Made by a program: the position numbers and the translations under genes. Shown here in pieces: positions 17,521 to 25,753 of a stretch of 29,736 bases of DNA. The stretch's first letter is position 1; the number at the start of each line of letters is the position of its first letter. The notes beneath the pieces were generated by a model that was given only the letters and a program-made list of their open reading frames with translations, searched no databases and was not told the DNA's origin. The stretch covers positions 1-29,736 of the IMG/VR virus record IMGVR_UViG_3300017913_000425. One strand, 5' to 3'. The DNA comes from a virus (lineage: Duplodnaviria > Caudoviricetes).

Positions 17521-18667
17521 CGACTTTATTCGTTACTTTAACCTAGCCAAAGAACAACAAGTCAAATGTAATGTAGCAGAAGAAGAACCTTATGGTATGA
17601 TTCCACATATGGAGTCTAACATGGGCGATGACCTCATGCATTGGATTGAACTCTATGATGTTGTCGAACGTAAGTATGCTGGCTTCTCACAGATCATGAA
17701 CGATTGCTGGTCTGGCTGGACTGAAGATCATCCATATTGGAAGAAGATGCAAGCTGGCTTGGTCACACATCAACGCGAGACAGTAGCAAACAACTGGACT
17801 GGTAAACACAAAGACTTTGATTTGCCTGAGTGGTTGTATCTGTTTATCTTACATCGCGTATGCGGATCTGCTATCAACTATGCAACGAAACCTTCAGGTT
17901 ATCATAACACGTTGTTGTTCACTCTTCATAAGGCTCGTACTATCGAAGACATGGTATGGCATATGAAGCGACATAAAGAACCATTCTATACATCAGTTGG
18001 TTATCAGTTTCCAAAGTTTCCTAAACCACCTCAAGGCTCAGGTTACAAGAGAGGTGGTGACTATTACTTAGCAGAATATGCTCCACGTCTTGCACGTGAG
18101 ATGGCAGAATGGTTACAGAAATCAAATGAAAGAAAGGACCTTCGAGAGATCGGAGAGTTTATGGGTCAGTGGAATGAACGAAATGGTCTTAACCGCTATA
18201 CTTTTCAGTATGCTGCTGTGGTTGCTGATGTTGCTGACTGGTATCCCCAAATGGTTAACAAGGAATCACCGTTTTACTACGGAACTAACGCTGTTGAGTG
18301 CATTAGCTACCTTGCTGTTAATGCAACTCGTATGAAGAAAGAGCAGTTCCTCGATGCTGTGATGGCAAAGATCTATGAGGATACTGGCTCTTATCCTTAT
18401 AACGCAGAAGATGTATGCTGCGACTATATCCGTTGGGTTGAAAACTATGTCAGACCAGGTGCACACTACTCTCATGTTGACTTAGACAGCGTATGGTCAT
18501 CAAGTAATATCAAGAACCATCCGTTTGGTAGACAGAAAGCTATGCTTGATCTTGGCTTAGTAGATACATTTAATAATCGTAAACATCACCCATCAGATGA
18601 TACGGTATTGAAAGAAGTCAACATGTCAGTCGAAGATTACAAGGCAAAATGCGCAACGCTACACTAG
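17492..18667 (+). CDS. aGPT-PPlase-like DNA base hypermodification protein, paralog 1
   Basis: FQYAAVVADV...GTNA..C and AEDVCCDYIRW resemble the F.AY....D / G.GA / E..LCE..KY motifs of the aGPT-PPlase (HhH glycosylase-like) family; gene context. Confidence 0.6.
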   Translation: MSLELTEYYDDFIRYFNLAKEQQVKCNVAEEEPYGMIPHMESNMGDDLMHWIELYDVVERKYAGFSQIMNDCWSGWTEDHPYWKKMQAGLVTHQRETVANNWTGKHKDFDLPEWLYLFILHRVCGSAINYATKPSGYHNTLLFTLHKARTIEDMVWHMKRHKEPFYTSVGYQFPKFPKPPQGSGYKRGGDYYLAEYAPRLAREMAEWLQKSNERKDLREIGEFMGQWNERNGLNRYTFQYAAVVADVADWYPQMVNKESPFYYGTNAVECISYLAVNATRMKKEQFLDAVMAKIYEDTGSYPYNAEDVCCDYIRWVENYVRPGAHYSHVDLDSVWSSSNIKNHPFGRQKAMLDLGLVDTFNNRKHHPSDDTVLKEVNMSVEDYKAKCATLH

Positions 18668-19638
18668 AAGATTTTATAGAGCCAGACGTAAACTCTATTA
18701 CCTATGAGAATACAGTAAATCCAATTCTCAAGGGTGGTAAGGTGAGTAATCACCTACTCGAGCCATGGTCACTCGAAGAACGAATACAAAAGTTCTTTGA
18801 GTTTTGTCGTGCATACGATGTACGAGAAGAGCCATTGCTCAAAGCTAATCCTCAACAGTTTTCGCATCGATTACATTGGGATGAGATGCCCTATGTAGAA
18901 GAGATGAAGGACGAGAAGGATATCAAGACCCTCTTGCATCACACCATCGTATGGTCATTTAGTAATGAGCATTGGTTGACGTTTAGGACTTTACGCGACC
19001 ATGGTGTTGATGCGATGAGGAAGAGGTTTGAGAAAGAAAGGCATGCACGCTCTGACTTATTTCAAATCTATTATCCAAAAGGTACTAAAGTCAAGGACTG
19101 GTTATGTGATGTACCTCAACAGATAGCAGAAGACTGCGCTCCGTTGTTGCAGTCAAATAGACCACTTAAGATGATGGAGCTAGCGACTAAGCTCGAACGT
19201 TATACGAAAGAGAAGCATGGCTTTCGTAACGTGATGTATCCATATAAGAACCTATCTCGTCATATCGCCATGGCTCGACCAGATCTTGTAGATCCTGAAT
19301 CATGGGTAACTCCAGGTACACTATCATTTTATGGTCTATGGCAGATATTTGGTGGTAAGAACCTATTTGGTAAGACAAAGTTCGAATTAGATGAAAGTAC
19401 AGGTGACTATGTGCCTGTCAGCGAACAAGCAAAAGAACTTGTTCGTCAGTTTAGTGTATTAGCAAAGCATAAAGATAATCCTATGCAAAGGCAATACAAC
19501 ATTAACATTGAAGATAAGGCGTGTATGTGGTGTAAGCATCTGTTCATACGACACGGTGTAAAGAGTACCACGAAGAAGATACCATACGAATGGATTTATC
19601 CACGCACTTTTTCTCTAAAAAAGAGTTTACATTCTTAA
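18649..19638 (+). CDS. aGPT-PPlase-like DNA base hypermodification protein, paralog 2
   Basis: PDLVDPESWVTPGT and IEDKACMWCKH align with paralog 1 PQMVNKESPFYYGT and AEDVCCDYIRW. Confidence 0.55.
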   Translation: MRNATLEDFIEPDVNSITYENTVNPILKGGKVSNHLLEPWSLEERIQKFFEFCRAYDVREEPLLKANPQQFSHRLHWDEMPYVEEMKDEKDIKTLLHHTIVWSFSNEHWLTFRTLRDHGVDAMRKRFEKERHARSDLFQIYYPKGTKVKDWLCDVPQQIAEDCAPLLQSNRPLKMMELATKLERYTKEKHGFRNVMYPYKNLSRHIAMARPDLVDPESWVTPGTLSFYGLWQIFGGKNLFGKTKFELDESTGDYVPVSEQAKELVRQFSVLAKHKDNPMQRQYNINIEDKACMWCKHLFIRHGVKSTTKKIPYEWIYPRTFSLKKSLHS

Positions 19639-19654
19639 CTCACTGTGGTATAAT
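19626..19654 (+). promoter_or_regulatory. sigma70-type early promoter
   Basis: TTTACA-N17-TATAAT with TGTGG; ATG 19661 lies 6 nt after the -10. Confidence 0.85.
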
Positions 19655-19660
19655 ACTACA

Positions 19661-20602
19661 ATGGCACACGATAAACACGTAATCGATAATTGCAACATGG
19701 ATGTCGATTCACTCCTCTTTGAAGGTGTGAGCAGTCGACAAGAAGCAAAAGACTACTATCTCAGTTTGGCTGAAAACTGGGAAGATCCTAATCCTGCGCC
19801 AGTCGTTGAAACGTATGAAGGAGTAAGAGTTGTACGAGACGATCTTATTACAGGTAGCAAAGTACGAGGTGGTGATTGCCTCATTAGTTCTCTTAATCAG
19901 CGGACTCTTGTGTATGTACAGCCACGCACAGGTCTGGCTGGCGTATCATTATTGGACGTTGCGAAAAGGCACAACAAACGTATTAAGCTTTTTATGCCAA
20001 GTTCAAAACGAATCTCGCACCACCAAGCTTGCTGTATTGAGCGAGGTGCTGACTTTGAGTTTCATCGTATTGCTGCTATGCCTAATCTTAATGCAATAGC
20101 AAAGAAGTGGGCTGATGAACAAGAAGATGCATATTTTATTCCTCTCGGTTTGAAACACGAGAAGGTAACAGCAGGCTTAGTAAAGGTAGCATCGAAGATA
20201 CCAGAGCCTGAAGAAGTATGGACTGTTATATCTACAGGAGTACTACACCGAGCTTTACAAATCGCATGGCCAAATGCAAAGTTTCATGCGGTGGCTGTAG
20301 CTCGTAATATGAAGTCTGGTGAAACTGGTCATGGCAATATCATATCTGCGCCAGAGCCATTCACCACACCGATTAAAGAAGGATTGCCTCCATTCCCAAC
20401 TATCGACACATACGATGGTAAGGCATGGAGATATATCCCTAAAAATAGTGGTAGAGATATACTGTTCTGGAATGTCGGTACTGAACCAGTACTCAATGAT
20501 GAAACAATATACGATCGTATTGATTCGTATAGGAATTGGAAGAAAGATGAAAGTACTACTGACGGGTCTCGGACCAATATCAAACAAAATACACTCACAT
20601 AA
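19661..20602 (+). CDS. PLP-dependent enzyme, fold type II (TrpB / ACC deaminase / D-cysteine desulfhydrase-like)
   Basis: VRDDL..GSKVRG Schiff-base Lys motif, ISTGV phosphate loop, YDGKAW, LFWNVG. Confidence 0.8.
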   Translation: MAHDKHVIDNCNMDVDSLLFEGVSSRQEAKDYYLSLAENWEDPNPAPVVETYEGVRVVRDDLITGSKVRGGDCLISSLNQRTLVYVQPRTGLAGVSLLDVAKRHNKRIKLFMPSSKRISHHQACCIERGADFEFHRIAAMPNLNAIAKKWADEQEDAYFIPLGLKHEKVTAGLVKVASKIPEPEEVWTVISTGVLHRALQIAWPNAKFHAVAVARNMKSGETGHGNIISAPEPFTTPIKEGLPPFPTIDTYDGKAWRYIPKNSGRDILFWNVGTEPVLNDETIYDRIDSYRNWKKDESTTDGSRTNIKQNTLT

Positions 20603-21578
20603 GGCTGCACAAGCAATCATCTATGCAGATCAATTGAAATCTGCTGGTATGGATGTGACCATCAACTTGGTCAACAATAAGGTGACTGACTATACACCTT
20701 ATGACGAGATCTATTTTTATCATGGCTCTGATTGGAGTGGTAACCTCAACTTATTTGGTGGTATTCAGGCATATCCTAATACCGCATACGTTGAAGCACT
20801 ATCTCATTTCAATGGTAAGATCAAGTCAATCCTTATTGACTTCCCAAATTATGTGTCGATGTTTCAGCAAAGATTAGAAAAAGCCGACATGACATGGACT
20901 GGTGTACATTGGGAAAATCTACGTCGACTACAAAACGAAGCTGAAGTAGTAGATCCAAACATGGTAAAGAGATATAAGAACATCGCATTCGGTGATAGCC
21001 ATGCTATATGCATGTATCGGCCTGGATGGGAGAATGTATCAGTACCTTTCTCTACATTACATGGCTCAATCAATCGTGGCTTCGAAGAGTTTATTCCTGA
21101 AGGTGGAGAGTATGATAGAATTGAAACATATTTCGGTAATATTGATATACGTCATCATCTATGTCGGTTTCAGGACCCTATTTCCGAAGCACGTGCTCTC
21201 GCAGACCGATATGGATCCGAGATCGAAAGAATCAGAAAAAAATACAGAGCAGACGTGACTGCTTGGGAACCTCTACCAATTGAGAATGAATCACGTAAGA
21301 TACCAAAGACTGGTTGGTATAAAGGTACACCATTTACTGGAAGTTGGGCTCAACGCACAGAGGTGAGAAATGCTTTCACAGAAAAATTAAAGTCTCACAC
21401 TCAGGTTTATAGTTGGATAGATAATCTTGTAAACGCTAAAGGCGAACTTGATTTCGAAGCGATGGAAAAGCCGCAGTCAGTGCATCTGTCACGAGCATCC
21501 TATCCACATTGGCAAGGTAAAAGTTGGACTGAAGATAAAGTCGATGAACCATCATCGCTCGAAGAATTTTTTGCATAA
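20547..21578 (+). CDS. two-domain protein with C-terminal SGNH/GDSL-like hydrolase/acyltransferase fold
   Basis: FGDSHA (block I), TLHG, FGNIDIRHH (block III), SVHL (block V His); start placed at ATG 20547. Confidence 0.6.
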   Translation: MKVLLTGLGPISNKIHSHKAAQAIIYADQLKSAGMDVTINLVNNKVTDYTPYDEIYFYHGSDWSGNLNLFGGIQAYPNTAYVEALSHFNGKIKSILIDFPNYVSMFQQRLEKADMTWTGVHWENLRRLQNEAEVVDPNMVKRYKNIAFGDSHAICMYRPGWENVSVPFSTLHGSINRGFEEFIPEGGEYDRIETYFGNIDIRHHLCRFQDPISEARALADRYGSEIERIRKKYRADVTAWEPLPIENESRKIPKTGWYKGTPFTGSWAQRTEVRNAFTEKLKSHTQVYSWIDNLVNAKGELDFEAMEKPQSVHLSRASYPHWQGKSWTEDKVDEPSSLEEFFA

Positions 21579-21593
21579 AACAGGAGATATGCT

Positions 21594-22631
21594 ATGAGTA
21601 TTATGGATAAGCTGAAGAAGAACAGCAAGATTAAAGAGACAGATATTTTATCTGATTCTAAATTCTTCAATGAAAAAGACATGGTAACTACAGATGTACC
21701 AATGCTAAACGTTGCATTGTCTGGTTCTGTTGATGGTGGTTTGACACCAGGATTGACAGTACTCGCTGGTCCATCCAAACACTTTAAGACATCGTTTGCC
21801 CTTATCATGGCAGCTGCATACTTAAAGAAGTATAAAGATGCAGTGATGCTCTTCTATGATTCAGAGTTTGGTTCACCACAAGATTACTTCGATCAATTTG
21901 GTATCGATACGAATCGCGTGTTGCATACACCAGTCACCGATGTCGAAAAGTTAAAGTTTGATCTCGTATCACAACTCGAACAAATCGAACGTGGAGATAA
22001 AGTCATTGTTGTTATCGATTCTGTTGGTAATCTTGCATCGAAGAAAGAGCTCGAAGATGCATTGAATGAAAAGTCAGTAGCAGATATGTCACGTGCAAAA
22101 GCACTCAAAGGTTTGTTCCGCATGGTCACACCTTATCTGAACATGAAAGATATCCCATTGATTGCGGTCAATCACACATATATGGAGATTGGTCTATTTC
22201 CAAAAGCTGTCGTATCTGGTGGTACAGGTATCTACTATAGCGCAGATAATATTTGGATCCTTGGTCGTCAACAGGATAAACAAGGTACAGAGATCAAAGG
22301 TTATCACTTTGTAATCAATGTGGAGAAATCAAGGTATGTTAAAGAAAAGTCTAAAATTCCTATTTCTGTTAGTTGGGACGGCGGTGTCTCCAATTATAGT
22401 GGCATGTTGGATGTCGCTCTTGATGGTAATTATGTCGCTAAGCCTTCTAATGGGTGGTACTGCCGCGTGGATCGTTCTACTGGAGAGTTGGTGGACCCAA
22501 AGGTTCGAGAGAAAGACACGCACGGCGAAGACTTCTGGTTACCCATCTTACGGGATACGGACTTCAAAGAATATCTCAAAAACAAATACTCAATCGTGAA
22601 AGGTGAAGTAGAAGATGCCGTTGGAGCATAA
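21594..22631 (+). CDS. uvsX: RecA-like recombinase UvsX
   Basis: LAGPSKHFKT, FYDSEFG, IDSVGNLASKKE, ADMSRAK, EKSRYVKEKSKIP. Confidence 0.97.
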   Translation: MSIMDKLKKNSKIKETDILSDSKFFNEKDMVTTDVPMLNVALSGSVDGGLTPGLTVLAGPSKHFKTSFALIMAAAYLKKYKDAVMLFYDSEFGSPQDYFDQFGIDTNRVLHTPVTDVEKLKFDLVSQLEQIERGDKVIVVIDSVGNLASKKELEDALNEKSVADMSRAKALKGLFRMVTPYLNMKDIPLIAVNHTYMEIGLFPKAVVSGGTGIYYSADNIWILGRQQDKQGTEIKGYHFVINVEKSRYVKEKSKIPISVSWDGGVSNYSGMLDVALDGNYVAKPSNGWYCRVDRSTGELVDPKVREKDTHGEDFWLPILRDTDFKEYLKNKYSIVKGEVEDAVGA

Positions 22632-22923
22632 AGAAAACGAAACTTTCCAGTTTATACCCGACATCGAGCATGATCAGGATTGGTGTATTCGAATCCTTGA
22701 AGGTCCATATAATGAGACTGTAATCAAGTATGGTAACATATCAGCAGATGGTGAAGGCGAAGATACATACTTAAGTTTTAACTTCTTTATCAAAGAATCT
22801 CCTGACTCTGAACTAACAGAAGATGATGAAGGTTTGCAAGAAGAAGCTGGAGCTATCTTACAAGAGTGCTTACGTGTGGCTGTCACTGACGGCTCGTTAC
22901 AAATGAGTGAGAAAACAAAATGA
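22615..22923 (+). CDS. acidic hypothetical protein at the position of T4 gp40
   Basis: Overlaps uvsX end; syntenic position between uvsX and gp41; homology not established. Confidence 0.6.
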   Translation: MPLEHKENETFQFIPDIEHDQDWCIRILEGPYNETVIKYGNISADGEGEDTYLSFNFFIKESPDSELTEDDEGLQEEAGAILQECLRVAVTDGSLQMSEKTK

Positions 22924-23384
22924 AGATACTAGTATTTGGACTACCAGGAGCAGGCAAGACATGGCTTGCAGAACGGTTACAAAAACATATTCCTAACTGC
23001 GCTTGGTTCAACGCAGATAGGATTCGCGAGATGGCTGACGATTGGGACTTTACTCCTGAAGGTCGCCTTCGTCAAGCCACTCGCATGAGAAACATTGCAG
23101 ACTTTGAAGTTGCAAATCATCGACATGTGATTTGTGACTTTGTTTGCCCTACTCAACACACAAGAGAGTTGTTCAAACCAACCGTGACTGTATGGGTAGA
23201 TACTATTTCAGAAGGTCGATTCGAAGACACAAACAAGATGTTTGAAGCACCAGAAAAGGTCGACTATCATATCAATCATTATTATTCTGATAAAGAGATC
23301 GAAAGTCTAGCAGAGACTATCGTCGCTGTTGAAGAAGATAAATTTAATCGTAAACTATACATGAATGCTGGGAGTGTAGCATAA
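22920..23384 (+). CDS. P-loop kinase, adenylylsulfate kinase-like
   Basis: GLPGAGKT, NAD.IR, DF..EGR.RQ, DFVCP, FEAP. Confidence 0.8.
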   Translation: MKILVFGLPGAGKTWLAERLQKHIPNCAWFNADRIREMADDWDFTPEGRLRQATRMRNIADFEVANHRHVICDFVCPTQHTRELFKPTVTVWVDTISEGRFEDTNKMFEAPEKVDYHINHYYSDKEIESLAETIVAVEEDKFNRKLYMNAGSVA

Positions 23385-23860
23385 TGGAGATCGAAGTACA
23401 AGGCGTCTTAGACGATGCTCATCATCAACTAATGCCTCAAATGGGCAAATTTGATTTCAAAAATCCAACCGTACAAATGTTAGGAAGATGGCAACCATGG
23501 CATCAAGCTCATACAGAGCTGTTTAAGCGTTGTCATGCCATGACTGGTCAAGTTGCAATCATGGTTCGTAATGTACCAGAAGCGAGAGAAGCAAACTCTC
23601 GTGTACCTGGTCAGGATGATAACCCATTCGATGAGATCGAAGTAGTGACAAGAATTGAAGAGGCACTGCAAAAAGAAGGGTTTACACATTGGGACGATTA
23701 TGTTATAATACCAGTACCAAACATCGTTGACATTAGTTACGGTCGAGGTGTTGGTTATACATTCACCGAGCATGATCTTGGCGAAGAGATGCATAATGTA
23801 TCAGCTACTAAGATTCGTGCGCAGATGCGAGAAGAGGGAACCCTTGCAGCAAAACCTTGA
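23384..23860 (+). CDS. HIGH-superfamily nucleotidyltransferase (cytidylyltransferase-like)
   Basis: GRWQPWHQAH (HxxH), NPF, YGRGVGY, VSATKIR. Confidence 0.85.
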   Translation: MEIEVQGVLDDAHHQLMPQMGKFDFKNPTVQMLGRWQPWHQAHTELFKRCHAMTGQVAIMVRNVPEAREANSRVPGQDDNPFDEIEVVTRIEEALQKEGFTHWDDYVIIPVPNIVDISYGRGVGYTFTEHDLGEEMHNVSATKIRAQMREEGTLAAKP

Positions 23861-25241
23861 ACTAACGATCCTTCGTAATCTATTGACTGATGAAAACTTT
23901 ATGCGTAAGGTGTTGCCTTTCATCAGACCAGATTACTTCGAAGGTATCTACCGTATATTATTCAAAGAAGCAGGTAAGTTTGTAGGCAAATACAATAAGT
24001 TGCCTACAGCTGAGTCATTTAAGATCGAACTCGATCAAGCAGATGCTCTCAATGGAGAGAACTACACGGTCGCTGTCGATATCTTGCCTCAGTTGTTTTC
24101 AAGCGAGCCTATCGATGAGCAATGGTTACTTGATACTACTGAAAAGTGGTGTCAAGACCGTGCCATCTATAATGCCATCATGGAGTCAATCACTATCATC
24201 GATGGTAAACATGAAACACTAACAAAGGGGGCATTGCCTGACCTTTTAACAAAAGCGTTAGGTGTTGCATTTGATACAAATGTCGGACACGACTACATCG
24301 AAAACTTCGAAGACAGATTCGACTTCTATCATCACGAAGAATCTCGAATCGCTTTTGACCTCGAGTACTTTAACAAAATTACAAAAGGTGGAATCCCGAA
24401 CAAAACTCTTAATATTGCTCTCGCTGGTACAGGTGTCGGTAAGTCTTTATTTATGTGTCATGTTGCATCGTCTGCTCTAGTAGACGGTAAAAATGTATTA
24501 TATATCACCATGGAGATGGCTGAAGAACGCATTGCGGAACGTATAGATGCCAATCTACTCAACGTAACGATTGATCAACTACCGAACTTGTCTCGGGAGA
24601 TGTATCGTACAAAGGTCGAAGATATCGCTCGTAAGACAAATGGTCGATTAATCGTAAAAGAATATCCTACTGGCTCTGCACATGCTGGACATTTCAGAGC
24701 TTTACTCAACGAACTCAAATTGAAAAGACAGTTTGAGCCTGATATGATCTTTATTGATTATCTTAATATCTGTGCCTCATCAAGAATGAAGGGAATGGGC
24801 GGTGCTATCAACTCTTACAATTATATTAAGGCGATTGCAGAAGAGTTACGTGGTCTCGCGGTCGAGTTCGATGTCCCTGTTTTTAGTGCGACTCAGACTA
24901 CACGTTCTGGATATTCAAACTCAGATGTTGGCCTCGAAGATACATCAGAGAGTTTTGGTCTCCCAGCCACAGCAGACTTCATGTTCGCACTCATCTCAAC
25001 AGAAGAACTCGAACGTCAGGGTCAAATGATGGTCAAACAATTGAAGAATCGTTATAACGATCCTACATTCCATAAGCGTTTTGTTATTGGAGTCGATCGC
25101 GCAAAGATGAGACTATACGATGCAGATGATGCAGAACAAACTCTTGTTGATGATACACCTGTATTTGACACAACTGCAGCTGGAGAAGCAATAAACCAAG
25201 CTGTACAAAAGAGAGTCAAGACAACAGATTGGAACATTTAA
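23844..25241 (+). CDS. gp41: replicative DNA helicase gp41 (DnaB-like)
   Basis: LAGTGVGKS, TMEMAEE, IDYLNI, ATQTTRSG, SESFGLPATAD, KQLKNRY; TTG start 23844. Confidence 0.97.
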   Translation: MQQNLELTILRNLLTDENFMRKVLPFIRPDYFEGIYRILFKEAGKFVGKYNKLPTAESFKIELDQADALNGENYTVAVDILPQLFSSEPIDEQWLLDTTEKWCQDRAIYNAIMESITIIDGKHETLTKGALPDLLTKALGVAFDTNVGHDYIENFEDRFDFYHHEESRIAFDLEYFNKITKGGIPNKTLNIALAGTGVGKSLFMCHVASSALVDGKNVLYITMEMAEERIAERIDANLLNVTIDQLPNLSREMYRTKVEDIARKTNGRLIVKEYPTGSAHAGHFRALLNELKLKRQFEPDMIFIDYLNICASSRMKGMGGAINSYNYIKAIAEELRGLAVEFDVPVFSATQTTRSGYSNSDVGLEDTSESFGLPATADFMFALISTEELERQGQMMVKQLKNRYNDPTFHKRFVIGVDRAKMRLYDADDAEQTLVDDTPVFDTTAAGEAINQAVQKRVKTTDWNI

Positions 25242-25753
25242 TGAATAGAGCTGGTTGGTTAGAAAAACTTATCAATGAAAATAATTACACAAAGGGCATC
25301 GAACTAGGTGTACAAGACGGTAATACTTACAAATACCTTGTATCAAACTGCCCAAAACTCAGACTTTGGGGTGTAGATATTTGGGCAGAAAAAGATGTTA
25401 GGCAACATGGTGATACGGGCTTATTGCGTATGGCTCAAGAGAAAAATAACTATGTAGCTTTACAGGCTTATATTCGTGTGAATAACTTTCAGAATAGAGC
25501 TAAACTAATTCGAGACTTTACACATAATTGCTCTGATCAGTTTACAGATGGTTACTTTGACTTCATCTTTGTTGACGCGTCACACACATACGATGATGTC
25601 AAGAAAGATATCGAATTATGGGCACCAAAAGTAAGAAAAGGTGGTTGTATTAGTGGTCATGATATCAATATGGATTCAGTAAAGCGCGCAGTAAATGAAT
25701 CTGTAGCAGATTATGAGACTACAGTCGATAACGTATGGTATAAGATGGTATGA
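25241..25753 (+). CDS. class I SAM-dependent methyltransferase (Methyltransf_24-like)
   Basis: IELGV..G, GVDIW, DFIFVDASHTY, KGGCISGHD. Confidence 0.85.
   Translation: MNRAGWLEKLINENNYTKGIELGVQDGNTYKYLVSNCPKLRLWGVDIWAEKDVRQHGDTGLLRMAQEKNNYVALQAYIRVNNFQNRAKLIRDFTHNCSDQFTDGYFDFIFVDASHTYDDVKKDIELWAPKVRKGGCISGHDINMDSVKRAVNESVADYETTVDNVWYKMV

Noticed and set aside
17492-21578. A DNA glucosyltransferase at the T4 beta-gt position
   Set aside because: No GT-A or GT-B signature recognised in any ORF; a very divergent one cannot be excluded without structure search.
3036-25237. Numerous minus-strand ORFs of 60-130 aa opposite core genes
   Set aside because: Antisense shadows of well-supported + strand genes, without promoters, SDs or motifs.
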